Shown piece by piece: positions 10,762 to 20,611 of a stretch of DNA of 64,000 nucleotides. Position 1 is the first letter of the stretch. Each line of letters starts with the position of its first letter. Source of the DNA: a virus; IMG/VR virus record IMGVR_UViG_3300036828_000667, positions 1 to 64,000 of that record; one strand, written 5' to 3'. The position numbers were made by a program, and so were the translations under genes. The notes under the pieces were generated by a model. That model was not told where the DNA came from. It was given only the letters and a program-made list of their open reading frames with translations, and searched no databases.

Positions 10762-11549
10762 AGTGCTAACCTAGGTGACGCTATCCCCATAACAACCTTA
10801 CCTTCCTTTTCTAATTGTTTTAACGCTAAATAAGCATTGTCACGACCAAATGGACATTTATCAGCAATTTGCTGAGTAGTTTCCCACTCTCCTGACATAA
10901 CAGCTAAAACAGCCTTAGCTCTAGTCCCACGATTCTGAGCTTTCTTGGAAGCAGAAATTCTCTTACCGATCTCGACAAATTCACCTGAAGCTTTCTTCTC
11001 AGCTATTACTCTATTACGAGCATCGCTCATTTTAGCTAGAGTCTCGTCAGAGTGCTTAGTACCTATACGATGGTGAGGTACCCAACCAGATTTGTTGGCC
11101 GGACTACTCTCACGGGCTACTGCAGCATTTCCTTTCCAAACTTCTTTTTGCGCCTCTGTTGGCAAAGGATTATTAATCCAATGCTCACGCATTGTTTGAC
11201 TAATTTTATCCTGGACTTCTGGAGTAAGACCAGGATGTACAGTCATATGAACATTATACCTAGGACTTAGAGTATCTATATAAAACTGTTCTCTTACAAA
11301 TCTATCCCTAACCTTACACTCTTCCAAAAATCTAATCTTAAATCCTACTCCTTCAAACTCATTCCAGGATTTCTGAAACTCAGGACTGGAATGGTCATTT
11401 CTTTTTAGTGTATTTGTATGTAATCGAAACCTTTCCTCTAAGGTCATAGTAGTTGAACCTACATAGCATTCTCCTCTCGGGGCATTATCTCGTGAGATCT
11501 TGTAGATAAAAGCAGTAGTTCTTACTCTTTTCTTACTGTTATCAACCAT
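10746..11549 (-). CDS. GIY-YIG homing endonuclease with NUMOD3 motif
   Basis: FIYKI..YVGST..R...H, REQFYID..YN, GTKHSDETLAKMS. Confidence 0.85.
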   Translation of the reverse strand: MVDNSKKRVRTTAFIYKISRDNAPRGECYVGSTTMTLEERFRLHTNTLKRNDHSSPEFQKSWNEFEGVGFKIRFLEECKVRDRFVREQFYIDTLSPRYNVHMTVHPGLTPEVQDKISQTMREHWINNPLPTEAQKEVWKGNAAVARESSPANKSGWVPHHRIGTKHSDETLAKMSDARNRVIAEKKASGEFVEIGKRISASKKAQNRGTRAKAVLAVMSGEWETTQQIADKCPFGRDNAYLALKQLEKEGKVVMGIASPRLALWKPT

Positions 11550-11679
11550 TTGGGTACTCCTTGCATCAGACTCTCTGCAAGCGTACCCATAGCCAAATCA
11601 CGCACCGGCTGTCTACTGATCCCCGATTGTTATCGGGTTGTACTACAGCCTCAACAACCCTAGCTAACCCCTTGATTTC

Positions 11680-12369
11680 TCAATTGAATTGGTCCTTAAA
11701 AGTAAAATTGATACTATCGCCAATACTGACTGCGATACCAGCAAAGTCAGCATGAGCAAACATCGACCCACCTCCAGGCAAAGTAGCTGGCCAAGGCGAG
11801 GCAGTGGCACCTCCTAAGCCAGGGCCATACTGATAAGCACCACCATCACCACCCGGAGTAAACGACGTACCTACAGGCCAGCCAGAAGCAGTTGATCCAA
11901 GCTGTGCTCTAACAACAGTGACAACCGCAGCAGTCTGACCCGCAGTGACCAGAACAACTTCGTTGCCTATCTGAGCATAGTAGTTAAGAGCAGTTGGACC
12001 TGTCTGTGCACCAAGACTTATAGACGTGGTACCAGATGCAATGGAGACAGCAAGAGTCGTGGTTGGTGAGTTAGTACCAGAGTCGAACAAGCCAGCTTCC
12101 GAGATGGTTTTAATAGCAGCTGCTGTTATCGATCCAGTTACCTGATAAGTATCAGCCAACTGAGCGGTAGTGATTTGCACAGACGTACCAGTCGCCCTAG
12201 CCTCAGATGCAGGAAGGAAAAGGTTCACATCCGAGTTAGTTGAACCCGTTATAGTAGGAGCAGCATTCGCACCACCCCAGCCAATGAATTTTGGCTCAGT
12301 GCCATTACCCTTCAGCTTGTTGGTGATGATCGACCGGCCACTGTAGGTCGCAGTTGCGTTATTCGTCAT
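11680..12369 (-). CDS. virion structural protein
   Basis: TISEAGLFD and F..I....GDSINFTF motifs typical of tail/fibre-attachment proteins. Confidence 0.6.
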   Translation of the reverse strand: MTNNATATYSGRSIITNKLKGNGTEPKFIGWGGANAAPTITGSTNSDVNLFLPASEARATGTSVQITTAQLADTYQVTGSITAAAIKTISEAGLFDSGTNSPTTTLAVSIASGTTSISLGAQTGPTALNYYAQIGNEVVLVTAGQTAAVVTVVRAQLGSTASGWPVGTSFTPGGDGGAYQYGPGLGGATASPWPATLPGGGSMFAHADFAGIAVSIGDSINFTFKDQFN

Positions 12370-12375
12370 GGAGTG

Positions 12376-13767
12376 TCATCCTTGTTTCTCCAGAAAGGAC
12401 CGAGAATACTTTTTCAATTCTGACTTTACTTGTTCCAGTGGGGGAATCCAGTTACCTGGGGAAGATTGACGGAATATTCTAACTGAAGGATACCAACACG
12501 ATGTATCTCCCTCATGAAGCCATATCCAGTACGGATTTGTAGATAGTAGAAGCCAAGTCGGGACTCCCATTGATCCCGCCAAATGAGCAATCGAGGTACA
12601 TGTTGTGACAACGAGATCCAAGTTTAAGAGAGTCATAGCCGTTCCAATATATCCTTTAGAAGCCATAACATTTCCAATATCTAAACATAACTCCTCTGCG
12701 CCATTATCTCTAATAGCTTGACTACCTTCCCCGACTTGTAAACTATATAACGAAATATCGGGATTTTCAGCTAGTTCAAGTAAGAACTCAAAAGGTATCC
12801 TTCTATCATTATCGGAATCATTCTCAGGATTACCAGACCACCTGATCCCTACCTTAAGGGACTTGGTTTTAGGACAGAGAACGCCGCCTTTCCTAAACGC
12901 CAGGACTAGGTCTTTATCCGGCTCTACTCTTGCTCTAATGAAACCAGGATCTGGCGGTACATTATCAGGCATTGACTTATGAAACTTCGCTAGGCTCATT
13001 AGAAACAAAGCATAATCAGCTTTAACATCTCTATATGGAGTTTCCATTTCAAGGAATTCAATATGATGTCTGTAGCACCACATCAGCTTCTGGCAGTCAG
13101 GTAGAGTGACGTGCAAAATCCTACAGTCTGGATAAGTCTCCTTCAGCCACACAAGATATCTAGAAAAAAGGATTCTGTCTCCCGTTCCTTGCTCACCATG
13201 AATGAGAATGGTCTTTCCATTCAAGTCTTCGCCGTTCCACATAGGAAATAGTAACTTGGGGTATTGATAAATCCCCGTGGCATGCATTCTGCATTCGTAG
13301 TATTCAAATCCCTTATCCCATTGCCCTGTCTTTAGGTAAAACAGTGCAAGACTCCACTTAGCCAACATATACTCTGGATTCAACCGGATGGATTCTTTAA
13401 ACTGTAACTCTGCCTCGTCAAGCATGCCCATAGAAGACATAACAAGTCCCATATTGCCATGACAGACAACAGTAGGTCTCATAGACAATGATCTTTGAAG
13501 AACATCATATGCTAGCTTATAGTCTCCATAGTTCCAAAGACTAGCACCTAAGTCACACCAAATATCAGGATCATCCGGTAGTAACTCAGCTGACCTCTTC
13601 AGAGCAATAACTGCCGATAAAAAATGTTTTCTACTTTTACAGTTGTTTCCGTAATTATGCAGAGTAGAAGCGATCTCAGAGATAAGAACACTCTCAGATC
13701 CCTTTACCTTCTGAATAAGCTCCGGCTTTTTGATTCTGACTTGAGGAACGGAAGGCAGCTGTCTCAT
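12376..13767 (-). CDS. TPR-containing glycosyltransferase (GT-B, GT9-like)
   Basis: N-terminal TPRs; EQGTGD.I.F.RY; LDLVVT..TSIAHLAGSMG.PTWLLL. Confidence 0.85.
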   Translation of the reverse strand: MRQLPSVPQVRIKKPELIQKVKGSESVLISEIASTLHNYGNNCKSRKHFLSAVIALKRSAELLPDDPDIWCDLGASLWNYGDYKLAYDVLQRSLSMRPTVVCHGNMGLVMSSMGMLDEAELQFKESIRLNPEYMLAKWSLALFYLKTGQWDKGFEYYECRMHATGIYQYPKLLFPMWNGEDLNGKTILIHGEQGTGDRILFSRYLVWLKETYPDCRILHVTLPDCQKLMWCYRHHIEFLEMETPYRDVKADYALFLMSLAKFHKSMPDNVPPDPGFIRARVEPDKDLVLAFRKGGVLCPKTKSLKVGIRWSGNPENDSDNDRRIPFEFLLELAENPDISLYSLQVGEGSQAIRDNGAEELCLDIGNVMASKGYIGTAMTLLNLDLVVTTCTSIAHLAGSMGVPTWLLLSTNPYWIWLHEGDTSCWYPSVRIFRQSSPGNWIPPLEQVKSELKKYSRSFLEKQG

Positions 13768-13772
13768 AGTGT

Positions 13773-14063
13773 TTAAGCTGCCTTAGGTGTTTCCGTATTA
13801 GCAGTCTCTTCAAGCTCCACCGTAACGAGTATCTTAGCACCCTGCTTGAATAACTGTTCTGCTACAGCAACTTCCTCCCCAACAAATCGGAAAGTTGGAG
13901 TTCCGTGTCTCGGATTAGCGCTAACCAGTTCTATCTCCATGCAATCCACCATAGCGTTGATGGGCTTGCCCTCGAACTCAACCCTGACCGGGGCGGATGT
14001 CATGCTGACGCTGTGAACATGGAATGGGACTTTCAAAGCCATGATTAACCCTCTCTCTCTCAC
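13773..14063 (-). CDS. hypothetical protein
   Basis: ORF in operon. Confidence 0.6.
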   Translation of the reverse strand: MRERGLIMALKVPFHVHSVSMTSAPVRVEFEGKPINAMVDCMEIELVSANPRHGTPTFRFVGEEVAVAEQLFKQGAKILVTVELEETANTETPKAA

Positions 14064-14362
14064 TTCTTGATTAGACTTTTCACTTTTTCAACCAACCGTC
14101 GGAATGATCCCTGAAGTTTCCACTCCCTGGACCATATTTCACCTAAGTCTGTAGTCTCCGGTCTTAAAGCACCACAACAAGGACATACAGGTCCTACACT
14201 CCTACCAGCCCAAAGTGGCTTAAAAACCTGAGGATAATTTTTGGCAAAAGATTCATTATTCTGGTAAACTCCCGGAGCGTGACACTTCTGGCAAGCTCTG
14301 GATACTGACGCTGAAAGAGACTGACGACGTATAATAGCGTTAGTTACATATTGAGTAGTCAT
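14060..14362 (-). CDS. hypothetical protein with two CxxC motifs
   Basis: CQKC and CPCC. Confidence 0.6.
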   Translation of the reverse strand: MTTQYVTNAIIRRQSLSASVSRACQKCHAPGVYQNNESFAKNYPQVFKPLWAGRSVGPVCPCCGALRPETTDLGEIWSREWKLQGSFRRLVEKVKSLIKK

Positions 14363-14386
14363 AGTCTTATTCCCCTTGTAGTCATA

Positions 14387-14806
14387 TTACGTTAGACCAG
14401 CGGCTAGAGAGCTAGGTTGGAACTGCAGCGTATCCCCATCCTGGATAAGCTTAGGATTAGCCAGCGGACCCATCGCCCAGCAGTTACCCAAAGTCAGCCC
14501 ATCCCAAATGAGCCCATAAATAACAGTTCCCCAGTCCCCACCATTTGCTGTAAACTGTATGAGCGTTGTATTAACACACTGTCCAGGATTACCTGACGCA
14601 GGTGAGAACGTAACTGATTTCCTAGAGTATCCTTTACCAACAGGTTCTGTGACCCCGCCAGCCGTAGAGGTAGGTACTGTAGTAGACAATCCTATAAACC
14701 AAGTCGTAGGTCTGGTATTTGGTCCTGACATAGAAACAGTCGTATACGCCCAATTTAAAATCGCTAACTGTGCAAAATTAGAGAACTGAGATATATTTGT
14801 TGGCAC
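14387..14806 (-). CDS. phage tail-associated protein
   Basis: GYSRKSVTF..N...I.F....WGT..DGDTL.F pattern. Confidence 0.65.
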   Translation of the reverse strand: MPTNISQFSNFAQLAILNWAYTTVSMSGPNTRPTTWFIGLSTTVPTSTAGGVTEPVGKGYSRKSVTFSPASGNPGQCVNTTLIQFTANGGDWGTVIYGLIWDGLTLGNCWAMGPLANPKLIQDGDTLQFQPSSLAAGLT

Positions 14807-15288
14807 TAGAACTCTCCATATTGCAATAGCTGGTAGTCAGGACTAACTACGCTGATCTTCACACTTGCTCCACCGTCGATCGTAGTAAGGATGATGAAGT
14901 CATTGCCAAAAGCAGTTAACTGGGGGGCGACCCCATATGGTGTAGTCGAGTTAGCAGGCCAGTGTTGAATTACAAACGTTCCTTGATTGTAGATATCTAA
15001 ATGTACCCTTCCAAGATAAGGTGGAGGAGGCCAGTTATGAACAACAAAGGAGGTGATATCGTCTTGAAGAATAAGTCTGACGTACTCACCGAGGCTCCTA
15101 TCTATAACGAGATCAGGACCCTGAGAAAGAACCTGCTGAGAAAGTATAGATACCGTATTAAAGACCGCTACCGGTGGTACAATCCCTGCCGGACCTAAAG
15201 GTATAACATTGATCTCTTCATTATCAAGCGTAATCTCTATGAGAGTAAGAGTATCGCTTATATCAATAACAGTTACATCATCGGACAT
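14806..15288 (-). CDS. tail-associated hypothetical protein
   Basis: coupled ORF, T.DGG motif. Confidence 0.55.
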   Translation of the reverse strand: MSDDVTVIDISDTLTLIEITLDNEEINVIPLGPAGIVPPVAVFNTVSILSQQVLSQGPDLVIDRSLGEYVRLILQDDITSFVVHNWPPPPYLGRVHLDIYNQGTFVIQHWPANSTTPYGVAPQLTAFGNDFIILTTIDGGASVKISVVSPDYQLLQYGEF

Positions 15289-15658
15289 ATAAATTCCGGA
15301 CTGGCTGTACCAGCAACCCTGTCGCTACCCCGTCATTATTATCAATGTAAAACTTCAAGATCGGTCGCTGAGGAAGCGGGCTAACCCTAAGTACTTCGAA
15401 TACGATCCTACCTACACCCAAAAAATCTGTATCCGCAGGAGTCAAAGAAATAGACAACTGACTGGTATCAGCCATGAGATGCATTCGCGACGTAAGATCA
15501 AGGTTATTATTTGGTAGATTAACCCTTTGAACCCTACCATTCAAAGTCCAAGTTGCAAGTGACTGGGGAACTGGAGGATCACCTACTACAAATTGGAATA
15601 TCGAAGACCAAGCAGCATTTATTTGCATCTTTTGGGCGACATATCTACGAGTACCCAC
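15278..15658 (-). CDS. baseplate/fibre adaptor-like protein
   Basis: ISLTPADT..L motif, coupled ORF. Confidence 0.5.
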   Translation of the reverse strand: MGTRRYVAQKMQINAAWSSIFQFVVGDPPVPQSLATWTLNGRVQRVNLPNNNLDLTSRMHLMADTSQLSISLTPADTDFLGVGRIVFEVLRVSPLPQRPILKFYIDNNDGVATGLLVQPVRNLYVR

Positions 15659-15912
15659 TATATAGAATCCTTTACGAAATAAAAAATCTTGCCATCATAG
15701 TATAACATACCTCCACCATCGGTAATATCCACACCAAATTCATGACCATTTATCATAGCACGCTGTCCGTGAGTGTCCGGGAAAAATACAAACGGGTCAC
15801 ATACCCCATTATTTATGTTACCAACAAATATTACAGTACTAGGGTGATTAGGAGCCTGTATTTGCTGAAGGTAAGCACACGTCATAAATGCGATCGTAGT
15901 AAACATCGTCAC
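15658..15912 (-). CDS. hypothetical protein
   Basis: coupled ORF. Confidence 0.45.
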   Translation of the reverse strand: MTMFTTIAFMTCAYLQQIQAPNHPSTVIFVGNINNGVCDPFVFFPDTHGQRAMINGHEFGVDITDGGGMLYYDGKIFYFVKDSI

Positions 15913-16099
15913 GGGTTTATCCTTATACGTACATTTGCTTGGGATGACGCCCCTCTCATAATATCAGCTATAGACTTATCAAAATCAATATAGAGAAAAC
16001 CATCCCTAGAAGTATATCTGACTTGATTGCCAGACACAGTAAGGCTTCCCCCTGTAAACGATTCATACTCTTGTAGTAGTCTTAGAACGTGACTATCCA

Positions 16100-16618
16100 T
16101 TAGATATGGACTGTCGCTTTTACAACACAAGTATGAGTAGTCGCATGAGTCGCAGGATCTTCATGATACTGAACAGAGACCATATTAAACCCACGCTCTT
16201 TCAAAGCAGCATTAATAGCGTGTTGTGTCTTTTGAAAATCAACCTGACTAAGTCCCGTACAGGTGATGATGAAACTATCTCCGGTTTTACCGTTGGGCAC
16301 GCCCACGGCATTCGCACAGCCACTAGCATGGAATGCACTGATAGCATCAGCCAATGTAGCCGCTTCTTTAATACCCTGGATACTTTCCCGAATAATCTTT
16401 TTCGCTGGAGTCAACAACATGGACATGCTTTCATCTCCTATCCATTTTGAGTCGTGTACCTTCCAAGGACCATACTTTTTATTTCCCGCAGCATTTACTT
16501 CTTTTTCAGCACGACTTCGCAACTGATGTTCAGTATCAGAATTTCTTACACTAGCTGTCTTATGAAGAGTCATTTTGTGCCCTTGTGGGGTCTTAAGAAC
16601 AATCCACAATTGGGCCAT
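16100..16618 (-). CDS. hypothetical protein
   Basis: GGAG RBS, 172 aa. Confidence 0.65.
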   Translation of the reverse strand: MAQLWIVLKTPQGHKMTLHKTASVRNSDTEHQLRSRAEKEVNAAGNKKYGPWKVHDSKWIGDESMSMLLTPAKKIIRESIQGIKEAATLADAISAFHASGCANAVGVPNGKTGDSFIITCTGLSQVDFQKTQHAINAALKERGFNMVSVQYHEDPATHATTHTCVVKATVHI

Positions 16619-16675
16619 GGTTACTCCAGAACAAGACGCTTGACATTGGGTCTAGGCATGGTACCGTGGCGATGT

Positions 16676-16760
16676 GCACACCGAACCGGAGCATACCTAC
16701 CCACGCCTTCCCGCGCCATTCCAAACCATACCCAACCTACCCTCACCACACCGCACCATA
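16676..16760 (+). ncRNA. pentamer element E1, 17 units
   Basis: (C/G)C-NNN x17; TTGACA 16640; ends CCACA CCGCA CCATA. Confidence 0.85.
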
Positions 16761-16777
16761 CTATTACCTAGTACATA

Positions 16778-17578
16778 CTACCCACTGTGAGGCAGGCTCA
16801 CCCCAACATTTGGAAGAACGGGCGAGACATCCGATGGACGCACCACACCAGCAGTCGCATTTGGCTGGACGTTCACGGGTGCGGTAACTGGCACTAAACC
16901 ACCAGCGTTCGGCCCTGTATAGTTGACTTGCTCGATATCAAGAATCGATACATTACTATAATCTTTTTCCTGTGCGACTCTCATAGCAATAGACTTGGCC
17001 TCTTCTGGAGAAGAAGCTCTAATCGATAGGTGCTCCGTTCGTGGCGTTTCTGTCTCCGGAGTCGAATACTGAATTTTCACGGCGAACGTATAGAGCCCTC
17101 CCGGAGCAGTGAGAGTAGGATCGTGACCTGCGAAGTCTTCACCAAACACAGCCACATGCACTGAACGCCTCATGGCATTTTCACTTATTTTCATGACTTG
17201 GGTTCCTGTCGTTACGATACAAGAATCACTGTAATGCGGTGACAGTTCCCAAGGAACATTAACACCGATATAGTTCAACGCTCTGGTGAGAATATCCCTA
17301 GGATTGTCTACACCGTATTGTTTAGCTAAAGTCCTAACCAAACTCCCTTGTGAGGTGTCATTGACCAAGGCCATGACATCCTCGACTGGCAAGTGATCTC
17401 CTCTTGCAATAGCATCAGTACTCGGATCACTAGGATCAGTATCAGGAGTACCAGGACGCTTAGACATCAGATGAATAGGGAGTGCATCTGAAAATGCGCA
17501 TATAAACTGGAAATCTCTTCGCGAGAAGTCATCTCCTAACATTCTTAATCTATCCCACACACGTAATGTCGTCACCAT
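16778..17578 (-). CDS. hypothetical protein (contains E1 match)
   Basis: 266 aa, GGAGA RBS. Confidence 0.75.
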   Translation of the reverse strand: MVTTLRVWDRLRMLGDDFSRRDFQFICAFSDALPIHLMSKRPGTPDTDPSDPSTDAIARGDHLPVEDVMALVNDTSQGSLVRTLAKQYGVDNPRDILTRALNYIGVNVPWELSPHYSDSCIVTTGTQVMKISENAMRRSVHVAVFGEDFAGHDPTLTAPGGLYTFAVKIQYSTPETETPRTEHLSIRASSPEEAKSIAMRVAQEKDYSNVSILDIEQVNYTGPNAGGLVPVTAPVNVQPNATAGVVRPSDVSPVLPNVGVSLPHSG

Positions 17579-17606
17579 GACGTTTTCTCCAAAAATGAGA
17601 CGTACA

Positions 17607-18134
17607 CTACTCTACCCAGTTTTTACCACTCCGAATATAAGAAATCATAACATGACTAACTCCAAATTCTGCTGCTAAACTCGTATTAATACCCCAATAG
17701 TGAGAACGAGACCTAATATCATCAACTTGTGATCGCGTAAGCTTTGAATTGCCGTTGCGTTGACCTTTCCCACTAGTTCCGTGTTCAATCTGGTCTTTCA
17801 CATTTTTTTCATGAGTATCCCATTTAATATTTTCAGGCCAGCGGTTATCAGAAGGATTTCCATTAAGATGACGACATTCTTGCCCAGGTGGACAAGGACC
17901 ATAAAACGCATTCAGGATAAGAGCATGAACTCTATATGTCTCCAACTTCCTTTCTTCGCCCTTCCACCGTCCAACTGTCATATACCCATCAGAGTTAGAT
18001 GTTAATTTTCTAAACTCAATCTCTTTTATAGTACGATTCTTAAACCTTCCTCCAGGAAGTACCCTAACACGACCACGATTTGAGACCTGATGGAACGGCC
18101 AACTCTCGATATCTTTCCAAATCTCTTCAGTCAC
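17607..18134 (-). CDS. NUMOD4-HNH homing endonuclease
   Basis: EIWKDI..QVSNRGRVR; RVH.LI..AF; CRHLNGNPSDN; GTG start after AGGAGG. Confidence 0.88.
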   Translation of the reverse strand: MTEEIWKDIESWPFHQVSNRGRVRVLPGGRFKNRTIKEIEFRKLTSNSDGYMTVGRWKGEERKLETYRVHALILNAFYGPCPPGQECRHLNGNPSDNRWPENIKWDTHEKNVKDQIEHGTSGKGQRNGNSKLTRSQVDDIRSRSHYWGINTSLAAEFGVSHVMISYIRSGKNWVE

Positions 18135-18281
18135 TGTGATCCCTCCTAGTTTTACAGTCGTAGTTTTACAAACAGAAAAATCGGCGGCTGGCGGGAGACC
18201 GCCTTCCTCCGTCAAATAACCGCCAATCCATGGAGATTTAGTCCAACGTACTCCTGTTGTACGATCGACGCAAGAGGGAAT

Positions 18282-18767
18282 TCACTTCTCAGGCTTGGGT
18301 TTTGGCTTGGGGTTATAGTGCGGCTCGATAAGCTTCAGTATTTTGTGCAATCTGACTATAGCTCTATCTAACTCTTCATCCTTATCTTCTTTGATCCCTC
18401 TCAATTCCTTCAACTTACCGACTGCATGAGTTAGAGCAGCGTGAGCTAAAGTCTTACTGATACTAAGACTTGTACCAAGATGTTCAATCTGATGATGCAA
18501 ATGTGTCTCTACATCCCCAGGCGCAATATCTATATGAGCGGCATGCGTAATCCCCGTAATTACTGCACTGGCAAGAACTGATTTATGATGTTCCTTTACA
18601 GTTCCAAGAACCTTGCTAGCAGCACTGTGAACTGCCTGCTGTCCCTTACCGTTAACAAAACCGTTTATTCTAGATTTAATATCAGGTGACTTTGGACGAT
18701 CCCCCATTGTACCAAACATATATTGATCTTTTTCTATGAAGTCCAAAACACTAAGAACATAGCTCAT
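18282..18767 (-). CDS. hypothetical protein
   Basis: 161 aa coupled ORF. Confidence 0.65.
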   Translation of the reverse strand: MSYVLSVLDFIEKDQYMFGTMGDRPKSPDIKSRINGFVNGKGQQAVHSAASKVLGTVKEHHKSVLASAVITGITHAAHIDIAPGDVETHLHHQIEHLGTSLSISKTLAHAALTHAVGKLKELRGIKEDKDEELDRAIVRLHKILKLIEPHYNPKPKPKPEK

Positions 18768-19411
18768 TGAGATCCACCGTTCTTGGCCAGCATGTTGGAA
18801 AGTTCACGTGGACTCTTGCTTAGGTCACTAGTGCCAGCATCAGTAGTATCAGGTGCAGACATCTGATTTTGTATTCCTGTTGTCCCTAGAAGGCTAGTAG
18901 CACCTGTAGTGAGAGAAGATTGGGGCGTTGTCGTAGGAGGGTTGATACCTATAGATGATTGATCTAAGCCAGGACTAATAGGAGGCCTATTCAGGTTATT
19001 GGGACCGACATCGCCGGTCTGATGTTGACCCGTCAAGGACGGTTGACGTAAGCCCGTAGGTGGCTCACTGGATACAGAATTCGTTGTAGTCGTAGATCGA
19101 CTAGAAATATTCCCTAGGTCAGTCGTAGGATTATCATCAGAATAAGTCTTACCAATAAGCTCTCTGAGAACGGAAGAAACTGGGGAAGAGAAACTGGTCA
19201 AGGACTCACCTCGCTTCCTGCTATAAAACGCCGCGAGAGCTTGTTGTCTACGCTTAGCCTTGGACTTTCCCTTAAATCTGGGATCATCGCTGTTAACGAA
19301 GTCCTTTATCCAGGCACCAGCACCACTAGACACTGATAAGGGCATATCTTTACTCCTAGTCACATTACTACGTTGACCAACCATATTAATTGTATTGAGA
19401 ATATAACGCAC
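18764..19411 (-). CDS. hypothetical protein, S/T/P-rich tail
   Basis: WIKDF..SD.P.FKGKSK..RR..ALAAFY motif. Confidence 0.7.
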   Translation of the reverse strand: MRYILNTINMVGQRSNVTRSKDMPLSVSSGAGAWIKDFVNSDDPRFKGKSKAKRRQQALAAFYSRKRGESLTSFSSPVSSVLRELIGKTYSDDNPTTDLGNISSRSTTTTNSVSSEPPTGLRQPSLTGQHQTGDVGPNNLNRPPISPGLDQSSIGINPPTTTPQSSLTTGATSLLGTTGIQNQMSAPDTTDAGTSDLSKSPRELSNMLAKNGGSQ

Positions 19412-19437
19412 TTAAACATACCTCATTTTCCAGAATG

Positions 19438-19724
19438 TCTCGGGCAAGAGGTATAAGGCAGCGCTGTCTCTAGTTGCCTCTACCTCTTGCCCGCCGTGGG
19501 TCCTTTAGAGGATATGCACTAGGAGCTTCTCGGGTTTATCCTCCAAAGGCACGGGAGTGATCTCGGACAAAGCAGCACAAGGTACAGATACCTTTCCAGA
19601 TGATTCCTTCCTTGTACTACTTTGTCCGCCGTGGTCCCGAAACTAGTATGCGAAAAACGATCACTTAGCACTACGAGCACTGCGAGTACCTTGTGAAATC
19701 GATTTCTAATTTCAGGCACGGGAG
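19438..19724 (-). ncRNA. candidate structured RNA with two tandem units
   Basis: CTCCCGTGCC-stem-GGAC(C)CACGGCGG-stem-CCGAGA twice; most stem mismatches are G-U on minus strand. Confidence 0.6.
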
Positions 19725-19726
19725 CT

Positions 19727-19918
19727 TCATTTAATAATCCGTTTCAAGTCAGGAACTTTCCTCTTATTTCGCAATCTCAATTCACTCAACCGGTTCATTA
19801 CCGCCCTTTCGTTACGTCCCCTTGAATTAAGAGACATAGCCAAACAGGCAGGATCTACCTTGACTTTGTCATTATGCCACTGCTTAAGAAATTCATCGTC
19901 CTCTTTAGACCACTTCAT
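19727..19918 (-). CDS. small HTH/Myb-like protein
   Basis: KWSKEDDEFL...R.ERAV..RL..L. Confidence 0.5.
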   Translation of the reverse strand: MKWSKEDDEFLKQWHNDKVKVDPACLAMSLNSRGRNERAVMNRLSELRLRNKRKVPDLKRIIK

Positions 19919-19919
19919 T

Positions 19920-20213
19920 TCACTTGGTCTCAGACTCCAGTGGACGTAATGGAGGTAATGGTACTGTTTCGGTTTCGTCCGATTGTAATCCGAAAGTGGT
20001 ATTACTTCTATTACCACTTATACATTGCGACAGTAATGTGTGAATTGACGCAAGATCACGACTACGTACATCAGCTTGCTTTACCAACGCAAAATAGATC
20101 AAGCCCAATAGAGCCATGTTCATGACTACTAGAGCAAGGGATAATGGCTGCGATTTAAGAGAATCCATGAAACTGGCAGCAGCCTTACCAGCCTCTTCAA
20201 CAGGACCAGTCAT
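19920..20213 (-). CDS. single-TM membrane protein
   Basis: hydrophobic LSLALVVMNMALLGLIYFAL. Confidence 0.6.
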   Translation of the reverse strand: MTGPVEEAGKAAASFMDSLKSQPLSLALVVMNMALLGLIYFALVKQADVRSRDLASIHTLLSQCISGNRSNTTFGLQSDETETVPLPPLRPLESETK

Positions 20214-20219
20214 TGGTTA

Positions 20220-20492
20220 TCATCCTGTAGGATGCTTAGAAGCATCTTCAGGTGTCTTTGCCTTATGGTGTTCTTCAGGTGCTTTTGCTTTATGGTCTTC
20301 AGGCTTCTTTGCCTTTACAGGCTCCTCGGGCGGGGGAGGCTCAACATGAACCGGGTAGACCGGCTGATCGTCAACGCCCTCGGGCTGATCGCCGAGCGTG
20401 TGGATCACGGGCCTAATCATCTCGTCCCGAGAATGACGATATTCTGGGAACCCACCATCAGCACCCACGATCTTTTCAACGTATTGAGCCAT
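20220..20492 (-). CDS. P/E/K-rich hypothetical protein (contains E2 match)
   Basis: AGGAGA RBS. Confidence 0.7.
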   Translation of the reverse strand: MAQYVEKIVGADGGFPEYRHSRDEMIRPVIHTLGDQPEGVDDQPVYPVHVEPPPPEEPVKAKKPEDHKAKAPEEHHKAKTPEDASKHPTG

Positions 20493-20546
20493 TGGTCATC
20501 TCCTTTGTTGACAAGACTACCTCAATAGGTGTTAAAAGCTTCTTCT

Positions 20547-20611
20547 ACGGACCATTCCGATCCGAAGCCAGCCCCACCGTGCCTATCCCCTCCCCAGCGA
20601 ACCGAACCACA
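20547..20611 (+). ncRNA. pentamer element E2, 12-13 units
   Basis: TTGACA 20508; CC-NNN register; ends CCGAA CCACA. Confidence 0.82.

Noticed and set aside
18140-18280. Possible ribozyme or intron before the NUMOD4-HNH gene
   Set aside because: Some stems are present, but no recognisable catalytic core or interrupted gene
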